From Bacteriovoracaceae bacterium (GTDB lineage: Bacteria; Bdellovibrionota; Bacteriovoracia; Bacteriovoracales; Bacteriovoracaceae), in assembly GCA_041586955.1 (NCBI GenBank), contig JBFGZE010000013.1:1-53341 (forward strand): a stretch of 53,341 nt of DNA, written 5' to 3'. How positions within the stretch are numbered: position 1 is the stretch's first letter; each line of letters starts with the position of its first letter. This document shows, one piece after another, positions 30,759 through 38,631 of the stretch. The notes under the pieces were generated by a model that saw only the letters and a list, made by a program, of their open reading frames with translations, was not told the DNA's origin and did not search any database. The position numbers and the translations under genes are program-made.

Positions 30759-31222
30759 TGTTTGGTTTTGAATTAGATGTCGCTATTTGGTTTATATTGG
30801 GTGTTATCTTGGTGCTATTGGAATTTGTTATTCCTGGCGCGATTTTAAGCTTTATTGGAATAGCGTCTATTCTAGTCAGTGGTGCTTTATATTTTAATCT
30901 TATTCAGGGATTGGTTGCCAGTTTATTAACCTGGTTTATCAGCTCTATCATTTTAGTATTATTTTTAAGAACCTATATTTTACGGTTTATGCCGGCGGAC
31001 TATGAAGTTCAAGATACAAATGAAGAAAATCATTTCGTAGGTGCTATTGTAAACGTCATTGAAGATATTATTCCCGGACAGTCCGGGCGTATTTCTTTTC
31101 GTGACACGACTTGGGATGCCTTTAGTGAAAAACCATTTGCTAAGGGCGATAAGGTCAAAATAATTAGTCGTAAGGGAAGTTCGTTTCAAGTAAGTTCAAT
31201 CGAAAGTGAAGGAGGTTTATGA
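30758..31222 (+). CDS. NfeD-family membrane protein
   Basis: WFILG.IL...E..IPG TM hairpin plus C-terminal OB-like GRI.FRDTTWDA; ATG overlaps the upstream TAA (TAATG). Confidence 0.88.
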   Translation: MFGFELDVAIWFILGVILVLLEFVIPGAILSFIGIASILVSGALYFNLIQGLVASLLTWFISSIILVLFLRTYILRFMPADYEVQDTNEENHFVGAIVNVIEDIIPGQSGRISFRDTTWDAFSEKPFAKGDKVKIISRKGSSFQVSSIESEGGL

Positions 31223-32142
31223 TGTTGTATATTACTATTTTATTCGCACTCATTTTATTTATAGGGATAAATACCATTATCGTTGTACCGATGCGTGAGG
31301 CGTTTGTTATTGAAAGATTGGGTAAATTTAAAATGGTTTTAGACCCAGGAATTCATATTTTAATCCCATTTTTTGACCGTATTGCTTATCGCCATGATGT
31401 GCGTGAGCAAGTTTTAGATATTCCCGGCCAATCTTGTATTTCTCAAGATAATATTCAAATTGAAGTCGATGGGTTAGTTTATCTTCAAGTGATGGATGCG
31501 GCGAAGGCCAGTTACGGTATTGAAAATTATCGAATGGCGGCCATCAACCTCGCACAAACCACAATGAGAGCGGAAGTAGGGAAGTTAACTCTCGGGCACA
31601 CTTTTTCTGAAAGAGATAATCTCAATGAAAAGATTGTTAAGGAAATTGACCGCGCCTCTGATCCATGGGGAATTAAGGTTCTTCGCTATGAAGTGATGAA
31701 TATTAAACCGAGTTCTCAAGTCGTGAAGACTCTTGAAAAGCAAATGGAAGCTGAAAGGGAAAAGCGTGCAGAAATTACTTTAGCAATGGCGGAAAAGGAA
31801 AACCGGATTAATTTATCTGAAGGTCTTCGAGCAGAGGCCATCAATATTTCTCAAGGTGAAAGGCAAAAAAGAATTAACGAGGCGAAAGGCAAGGCCCAGG
31901 AAATTACATTAATTGCCACCTCAACTGCTAAGGGGATAGATATGATTGCCCGGGCCACGCAGAAAGAGGGAGGAGATCTCGCGGTGAAGTTACATTTAAT
32001 GGAAGGCTTTATTGAGCAATTGGGTGAAATCCTCGACAAGAGTAATATTTCTATTTTGCCGAATGAGATGGCACAAGTGAAAGGTATTTTTGAAGGTGTC
32101 GAAAATATCACTGATGTAATGAAAAAGGGAGGTTTAGCGTGA
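31219..32142 (+). CDS. SPFH/stomatin-like (slipin/QmcA-type) protein 1
   Basis: ERLGKF..VLDPG.H, AQTTMRAEVG, WGIKVLRYEV, KQMEAEREKRA. Confidence 0.93.
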   Translation: MMLYITILFALILFIGINTIIVVPMREAFVIERLGKFKMVLDPGIHILIPFFDRIAYRHDVREQVLDIPGQSCISQDNIQIEVDGLVYLQVMDAAKASYGIENYRMAAINLAQTTMRAEVGKLTLGHTFSERDNLNEKIVKEIDRASDPWGIKVLRYEVMNIKPSSQVVKTLEKQMEAEREKRAEITLAMAEKENRINLSEGLRAEAINISQGERQKRINEAKGKAQEITLIATSTAKGIDMIARATQKEGGDLAVKLHLMEGFIEQLGEILDKSNISILPNEMAQVKGIFEGVENITDVMKKGGLA

Positions 32143-33050
32143 GGTTAGAGGACTTTATTAATCTTGCCGTTTGGGGCGGAACATTTGCGATCGTTGTCAT
32201 TCGATTCTTTAGGTCTTTATGTTTGGTACCAACTAAGACTGTCTATATCGTCGAAAGATTTGGCAAATACCATAAGACTTTGGGAGCAGGATTTCACGCT
32301 TTAATTCCTTTCATGGATAAAGTTGCATTTATTCATGATCTCAAAGAGGAGACAATTGATGTTCCTCCACAGGAATGCTTCTCAAAAGATGAAGTTTACG
32401 TCACTGTGGATGGAGTTATTTATATTTCAGTGACTGATGCCGCGAAGGCCAGTTATGGAGTGACAGACTATCGTTACGCCGCTGTTCAATTGGCGCAAAC
32501 GACAACTCGTTCTGTTGTCGGTACTCTTGATCTGGACAAACTATTGGAGGAGAGGGACATGATCTCTGCTAAAGTGGTGGAAGTTTTAGATCGTGCTGGT
32601 GAGTCCTGGGGCATGAGAGTACATCGTTATGAAATTAAAAATATTCAACCCCCGGAAACTGTTCGCAATGCTATGGAAAAGCAAGTGACGGCGGAAAGAG
32701 AGAGACGAGCTATTCTTGCTAAGTCTGAAGGTGATAAACAAAGGCGCATCAACCTTTCAGAGGGTGAGATGATGGAAATGGTCAATGTTTCAGAAGGTGA
32801 GATGACTAGACAGATCAATGAAGCACAGGGACGTGCTGAGGAAATTTTAACGTTGGCGACAGCAACTGCCGAATCCATTGAAAAAGTGGCATTGTCAGTT
32901 TCTAGTCCTGGCGGTGAAGCTGCGGTAAAAATGAAAATGGCCGAAAAGTTATTTAAGAAATTAGGAAAAATTGCAGACAGGGATACGCGAGTGATTTTAC
33001 CAGCGGATGTTTCAAATTTTGACGGTTGGATTAAAAAATTAGGGCTGTAA
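32139..33050 (+). CDS. SPFH/stomatin-like (slipin/QmcA-type) protein 2
   Basis: ERFGKYHKTL.AG.H, AQTTTRSVVG, WGMRVHRYEI, KQVTAERERRA; GTG start overlaps the upstream stop. Confidence 0.93.
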   Translation: MRLEDFINLAVWGGTFAIVVIRFFRSLCLVPTKTVYIVERFGKYHKTLGAGFHALIPFMDKVAFIHDLKEETIDVPPQECFSKDEVYVTVDGVIYISVTDAAKASYGVTDYRYAAVQLAQTTTRSVVGTLDLDKLLEERDMISAKVVEVLDRAGESWGMRVHRYEIKNIQPPETVRNAMEKQVTAERERRAILAKSEGDKQRRINLSEGEMMEMVNVSEGEMTRQINEAQGRAEEILTLATATAESIEKVALSVSSPGGEAAVKMKMAEKLFKKLGKIADRDTRVILPADVSNFDGWIKKLGL

Positions 33051-33071
33051 TGAGGGCCTTAAAAAATTGAT

Positions 33072-33103
33072 AAAAAAAAGAGGCCATTTAGGCCTCTTTT
33101 TTT
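33072..33103. terminator. Bidirectional intrinsic terminator
   Basis: A8-GAGGCC-ATTTA-GGCCTC-T7 between convergent genes. Confidence 0.85.
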
Positions 33104-33803
33104 ATGATAAGTAATTTGGTCTTTGTTCATATTCAATGGGATCTTGCAGCCCGGCCTTTTGAAAGCCTCTTAATCTCAAGGCACAAGAGTCACAGACTCC
33201 GCAGGCGATATTACCCTGAGCATAACAGGAATAGGACGAGGAAAGGGGGGCCTTCAGCTCAACTGCTTTGGCGACAATCTCTTCTTTTTTCATATTAATA
33301 ACGGGAGTAATGACCTGAATATCACCATCTTTTGTTCCCTGTTGAATTAATTTATTAAGAGCGTCGTAATAACTGGGACGGCAATCAGGGTATCCTGAGG
33401 AGTCCTCATAGACAGCACCGATAAAAATCTTTTTAGCACCAATAATTTCAGACCAACTCACGGCCATCGCGACAATATGGGTATTGCGGAAGGGGACATA
33501 GCTATCTGGGATCTCTTCAGTTTCACCTTTATAGGTTTTAACATCAATTTGATCATCTGTTAGAGAGCTACCACCAATCTGCTTGAGAAAGCTGACGTCG
33601 ATTATCTTGCGCATACTTTGAGGTACTTTATAAAAATCTGCAATTTCGTGAAAACACTTTAGCTCTCTTTCTTCCGTCTTTTGACCGTAGTTGAGGTGAA
33701 GAAAGGCCAGTGAGTTGTGTTTTTGTGAGGCAATGGCCGCTGTCACGAGGGAGTCCATACCTCCACTCACTAATACAACGGCCAATTCGTTTGATTTTTC
33801 CAT
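33102..33803 (-). CDS. queC: 7-cyano-7-deazaguanine synthase
   Basis: SGGMDS, YGQK, YVPFRN, GYPDCR, SCY...CGVCDSC; ATG at 33803. Confidence 0.96.
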   Translation of the reverse strand: MEKSNELAVVLVSGGMDSLVTAAIASQKHNSLAFLHLNYGQKTEERELKCFHEIADFYKVPQSMRKIIDVSFLKQIGGSSLTDDQIDVKTYKGETEEIPDSYVPFRNTHIVAMAVSWSEIIGAKKIFIGAVYEDSSGYPDCRPSYYDALNKLIQQGTKDGDIQVITPVINMKKEEIVAKAVELKAPLSSSYSCYAQGNIACGVCDSCALRLRGFQKAGLQDPIEYEQRPNYLS

Positions 33804-33839
33804 AAGTCCATCCTTTAAAAATTTGATGGACAAGATTTA

Positions 33840-35612
33840 TTACGCTTCTTCTGCTTGGGCCTTTAAGAATGTTAAAAACTCTGCAGTCAGTTGAGATGCC
33901 TTTGCCTTTTTCTCTTGGAGGCTTCCTTCTGTTTCCTGGATCATAATATAAAATTTGATCTTAGGCTCAGTTCCTGATGGCCGCAGAAATAATTTATTAC
34001 CGCTAGCAAAAGTGAAACCAAGGACATTACTTTGAGGAAGCTCCAATTTGGTCGTGTCACCATTTTGATGACGGATTGACTGGGCCTGATAATCGGCCAA
34101 AGAGGCTATTTCTTGTCCACATAAGGTTTGTGCCTCAAAATGCCTGAATTTGTCCATGATCCTCGAAATTTTTTCCGCCCCTTCTTTCCCATAATAATTA
34201 AGACTCAACAATTCTTCGCTAGAGAAGCCGTATTGCTCATAAATCTGATCAAGGGCCTGTAATAGATTGAAACCACGGGATTTATGGTAAAGCGCCAATT
34301 CACAAAGTAGGGCAATTGAGGCCACGCCATCCTTATCGCGCACTGAGTCGTGATTGAGGTAGCCAAAGGACTCCTCTGTGCCAAAGATAAAGTTTTTCTC
34401 AGGATGGGTCTCTTCTATTTCTTTCATACGGCCACAGATCCACTTAAAGCCTGTGAGGGTATTTTCTGTTGCGACACCAAAAGCGTTGGCGACAATTGTT
34501 TGTAATTCAGTTGTCACGATTGTTTTGACGAAGTAAGGGTCACTAGGGATTGCATTCTTTTCCTTTAATTGGACAAGAATATAATGAAGCATGAGAAGGC
34601 CAATTTGATTACCATTGAGGTAGTGAGTTTGACCTTCGTGCTGGAGGGCCACGCCAACACGGTCGGTGTCTGGGTCAGTTCCAAGTGCCAAGTCGCCCTT
34701 TTCTTTTTTCATCAGGGCCACGGCCATGGACAAGGCTTCTGGGTTTTCGGGGTTAGGTGAACTGACTGTTGGAAAATTGCCATCAGGACGATCCTGCTCC
34801 GGCACAGTTTTTATATTGGTCAAACCAATTTGTTCAAGAGCGCGTGTGCAACAATGAAGACCGGTGCCATGAAGAGCGGTATAAATAATATTGAGCTCAC
34901 GTCCTCTTTCCTGGCATAATTCAGGGGTTAAACATTTTTCCTTGATTGTATTGTAATAAAGAGATTCTGTTTCCTCTCCCATCCATTCAATAAGACCTTT
35001 TTTTATACCTTCTTCGAAATCGAGATGGGGGATGAGACTATAGTCTTGGATGTCATTAAAGTGATTAATGATATTACTATCGTTGGGGGGTGTGACCTGA
35101 GCACCATCTGACCAAAAAACTTTAAAACCGTTATAATCTGGTGGATTATGACTTGCGGTCACCATAACCCCGGCCTGGCATTTATGATGGCGAATAGCAA
35201 AACTGACTAGGGAAACTGGGTTGAGGCGCTTATAAATAAAGGCCTTGATGCCATTAGCAGCAAAGACACTCGCAGCTTCTTTGGCAAACTCAAAAGAGAA
35301 GCGCCGGGAGTCATAGCTAATAGCGGCACGTAGATTATCCTCGCCAGTATTTTTAATCTCCAGGGCCACTGCATGAGTTGCTTTGCGGATATTATATTTG
35401 TTGATACGGTTATTGCCTTGTCCCAAGACGCTGCGCATTCCACCTGTCCCAAACTCCAGGTCCTTGTAGAATCGCTCCTCTATTTCATTATGATCTTCTT
35501 GGTCAATGAGATCTTGAATTTCTTGCCGATCGGCTTCGGCGAAATAGGCATTTGATGCCCATTGTTTGGCCCTATCTAATGAGGAAGTTTGCACACAGTA
35601 CTCCTTTGGCAA
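33840..35612 (-). CDS. Phosphoglucomutase/phosphomannomutase
   Basis: FGTGGMR, TASHNP (phospho-Ser), DPDTDR, EESFG, RPSGTEPKIK. Confidence 0.95.
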   Translation of the reverse strand: MPKEYCVQTSSLDRAKQWASNAYFAEADRQEIQDLIDQEDHNEIEERFYKDLEFGTGGMRSVLGQGNNRINKYNIRKATHAVALEIKNTGEDNLRAAISYDSRRFSFEFAKEAASVFAANGIKAFIYKRLNPVSLVSFAIRHHKCQAGVMVTASHNPPDYNGFKVFWSDGAQVTPPNDSNIINHFNDIQDYSLIPHLDFEEGIKKGLIEWMGEETESLYYNTIKEKCLTPELCQERGRELNIIYTALHGTGLHCCTRALEQIGLTNIKTVPEQDRPDGNFPTVSSPNPENPEALSMAVALMKKEKGDLALGTDPDTDRVGVALQHEGQTHYLNGNQIGLLMLHYILVQLKEKNAIPSDPYFVKTIVTTELQTIVANAFGVATENTLTGFKWICGRMKEIEETHPEKNFIFGTEESFGYLNHDSVRDKDGVASIALLCELALYHKSRGFNLLQALDQIYEQYGFSSEELLSLNYYGKEGAEKISRIMDKFRHFEAQTLCGQEIASLADYQAQSIRHQNGDTTKLELPQSNVLGFTFASGNKLFLRPSGTEPKIKFYIMIQETEGSLQEKKAKASQLTAEFLTFLKAQAEEA

Positions 35613-35766
35613 TGGTAATTTGCCGCAATTGTCGCAAAAAGGACCTCTTAAATCAACAAAAGGCCATGGTCGTTTTTTGATAATGCGGCTATACTTGGTA
35701 GGGTGTATTTTTAATTGTAGAATCCCCTAGTTTTTTGCTACATTTTTCGATTTAAGGAGTATTGGT

Positions 35767-36015
35767 ATGGCAAACCCAAATATGAAACATTCTAAAAATA
35801 TCGCTGGCCCTTGGTATTGTACAGACCCTGATGATGACAATGGTGAAGGCTGTATTGCCTGTAACGTTTGTTACACAGGTGCACCTGATTTCTTTGGTGA
35901 AGATGAAGATGGAAATGCTTTTGTCATTAAGCAACCATCGACACCTGAGGAAATTGAGCTTTGCCAGGAGCAATTAGAGGCCTGTCCAGTTGCCTCTATA
36001 GGCAATGACGGCTAA
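35767..36015 (+). CDS. Single-cluster ferredoxin
   Basis: CIACNVC...APDFF...CPVASI; acidic; AAGGAG RBS. Confidence 0.92.
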   Translation: MANPNMKHSKNIAGPWYCTDPDDDNGEGCIACNVCYTGAPDFFGEDEDGNAFVIKQPSTPEEIELCQEQLEACPVASIGNDG

Positions 36016-36043
36016 TTTGATTGGTTTTTAATTAATGAAAGGG

Positions 36044-36079
36044 AGGCCTCTTCTTTAACTAGAAGAGGCCTTTTTTTTT
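36044..36079 (+). terminator. Intrinsic terminator
   Basis: AGGCCTCTTCT-TTAACT-AGAAGAGGCCT followed by a T tract. Confidence 0.85.
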
Positions 36080-36139
36080 GGACAAAAAAATAATGATTGG
36101 TATCATTGTAGAAAAGAATCTTTTTAACAAGGGAAGTTT

Positions 36140-37462
36140 ATGAACCCAAGTACTATTGAATTAACTGGGACGATTCTGTTTGCGCTGGCCGTCCTTCACA
36201 CCTTTATGGTGAAAAAATTTGAACATATGGCGCATAAATATCCAGAGGGCTCCATTGGAGAGAACCTCTTTCATTTTCTCGGAGAAGTGGAAGTCGTTTT
36301 TGGTCTTTGGGCGGCCGTCTTTATTGGATTCTTTTCCATTTTCAGCGGATTTGCTCAATACGATGAAGGGCATAAACTTATTGGCGGAGCACTCCACCAT
36401 CTAGAGTCCCTTAATTTTACTGAGCCTGTTTTTGTTTTCGTCATTATGGCGATGGCGGGGACCCGGCCGATTATCCTTTTAGCGGAAAATATCATTAGTC
36501 TCTTTTCTAAGGTTTTGCCCTTTGGAAGTAAAATGTCATTTTATATCGCAGCTTTGGTCTTGGGCCCTATTCTTGGTTCCTTTATTACCGAGCCCGCCGC
36601 TATGACAGTGACCGCTCTTATTTTATTAGATTATTTTTATTCAGGTGAAATGAGCCCTAAATTTAAGTATGCCACTATCGGTCTTCTTTTTGTGAATGTT
36701 TCCATTGGAGGAACATTGACTCATTTTGCCGCACCTCCTGTTCTGATGGTCGCTGCAAAATGGGATTGGGGTATGATGCATATGTTAACCAACTTTGGTT
36801 ATAAAGCTGTTATTGCCATTGTTATGAGCACTATTGGCGTGGCGATGGTCTTTAAAAAAGAATTGGCCGGCGAATTAGAAATGAAGCAGCCTCATGATAA
36901 TTATATGAGACCAACTTGGTGGATTACTGTGGTCCATGTTATTTTCCTGGCGCTCGTTGTTTATACTGCTCACCATATGGTTTTCTTTTTAGGCCTTTTT
37001 CTTTTCTTTCTTGGTTTCGCGACTGTTACGCGAGAATACCAAGATGAAATTAAATTAAAAGAGTCTCTTCTCGTTGGTTTCTTTTTAGGGGGTCTTGTCA
37101 CTCTTGGGTCTGTTCAGCAATGGTGGCTACAGCCGATACTGACACAGATGGGTGACTTTGTTCTCTTCGTTGGAGCGACTGGCCTAACTGGTATCACTGA
37201 TAATGCCGCACTTACTTATCTAGGCTCATTAGTCGATCTATCTGATTCAGCGAAGTTTAATTTAGTGGCCGGTGCTGTTGCTGGTGGTGGTCTCACTGTT
37301 ATCGCCAATGCTCCAAATCCCGCTGGTTTTGGTATCCTTAAGAGCTCATTTGGCAAAGACGGTATCTCTCCCCTTGGCCTTCTGGTAGGAGCGCTTATTC
37401 CTACTATCATCGCGATGATTTGCTTACAGGTTTTTCCAAGTTTGGGTGCTGTTGCTCATTAA
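36140..37462 (+). CDS. Putative Na+/H+ antiporter (DUF1504 family)
   Basis: HFLGEVEVVFGLWA, GSFITEPAAMT, NVSIGGTLTHFAAPPVLM, TDNAALTYLG, GGGLTVIANAPNPAG. Confidence 0.85.
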   Translation: MNPSTIELTGTILFALAVLHTFMVKKFEHMAHKYPEGSIGENLFHFLGEVEVVFGLWAAVFIGFFSIFSGFAQYDEGHKLIGGALHHLESLNFTEPVFVFVIMAMAGTRPIILLAENIISLFSKVLPFGSKMSFYIAALVLGPILGSFITEPAAMTVTALILLDYFYSGEMSPKFKYATIGLLFVNVSIGGTLTHFAAPPVLMVAAKWDWGMMHMLTNFGYKAVIAIVMSTIGVAMVFKKELAGELEMKQPHDNYMRPTWWITVVHVIFLALVVYTAHHMVFFLGLFLFFLGFATVTREYQDEIKLKESLLVGFFLGGLVTLGSVQQWWLQPILTQMGDFVLFVGATGLTGITDNAALTYLGSLVDLSDSAKFNLVAGAVAGGGLTVIANAPNPAGFGILKSSFGKDGISPLGLLVGALIPTIIAMICLQVFPSLGAVAH

Positions 37463-37487
37463 AAATTGATTAAAATTAGAATTGATT

Positions 37488-37515
37488 AAGGGCCCTCTAT
37501 TGAGGGCCCTTTTTT
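37488..37515 (+). terminator. Intrinsic terminator
   Basis: AAGGGCCCTC-TATT-GAGGGCCCTT followed by a T tract. Confidence 0.85.
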
Positions 37516-37596
37516 GTGGGCATTAAGTTTTTTGGTTTAATCTTTAAAGGCGTCTTTTAGGAAATGATCTAGGGTTACCGACCGAATCAATAGTCC

Positions 37597-38139
37597 CTAG
37601 AAACAGAAGATTGAGCGGCTTCTGAGTCGACGGCTAATACTTTTTTTGAAAGTGATACCTAAAGAAGGTATTCTTACTCGAGCAGTTCTTACGCGGTAAA
37701 CGCTACAGCGGTCAGCACCTCCACCTGAGTCTCTACGACCCATTCTATGACCACCGTGTCTGCCGCCATGATGACCGCCACGACGCATTCCATGGCCACC
37801 GTGTCCACGACCCCCACGATAACCAGGACGTTCTGCGACGGCGTTTTTTGTGGAGTCTGCTGCTGTTTTGATTACGGTTGAACGAGAGACACGAACATTA
37901 GCACGAAAGGTATTGCTTTCAAGGCTACGAATCCGGCGTACCATACGCCGGCAATTGCGCCGGCCCATACGCCGGGTTTTAAAGGTCCGACCATTAAAGC
38001 GCGCAGCGCTACCATCGAGGCGATATATTTTGGCCTTTAGTTTGCCAAACAAAGAACAGTCGAGAGAGGAGAGCCTGATGGTATCGGCGTTAATGGTAAA
38101 CGTTAAGAAGAATGCTAGAGAAGATATCAAGATTTTCAT
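37597..38139 (-). CDS. Secreted Arg-rich protein with Gly/His-rich insert
   Basis: GGAGG RBS, signal peptide MKILISSLAFFLTFTINA, four Cys, RGGRGHGGHG low-complexity segment. Confidence 0.7.
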   Translation of the reverse strand: MKILISSLAFFLTFTINADTIRLSSLDCSLFGKLKAKIYRLDGSAARFNGRTFKTRRMGRRNCRRMVRRIRSLESNTFRANVRVSRSTVIKTAADSTKNAVAERPGYRGGRGHGGHGMRRGGHHGGRHGGHRMGRRDSGGGADRCSVYRVRTARVRIPSLGITFKKSISRRLRSRSIFCF

Positions 38140-38631
38140 GAGTTCCCTCCAGGAAAAATTTGTGGAAACATACCATAAATAAAAAATATTTCCATGGTTT
38201 TATTAGGAGGTGAGTTCTTGGTGCGTTGCGTATGACAGCGTTTTTGAATACTCCCACTTGTACTGAGGGTTGTCACTAATGATGACATCACAAACAACAG
38301 AAAAAAGTTTAAAGCGGAGACTTATTTAAATTTAAAAAAAGAGCTCTATAGAAGAGAAGGATTTTCTTTAAAAGCGCAATATAAGAAGCATGGTGATAAA
38401 GACCCTTTTGGCCACACACTTTATTAGGGAGAGGTATGACTTGGTGGATATGGAGCACTGCCTGATTCTTCTTACTCTTTTGCTTATTTTTTGGGCATAT
38501 TTGTTTAACTAATTTTTATCGCTCCAAATCGCTAACTTATTTAAACCACAAGGAATTCCATAATATTTTTTGTAATTAATAATATAACACTCTTCCTCAT
38601 CTATAATGATTCTAAATAAATGGGGTATACG

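Noticed and set aside
33804..33839. preQ1 riboswitch before queC
   Set aside because: Gap is only ~36 bp and lacks the preQ1 stem and A-rich tail pattern
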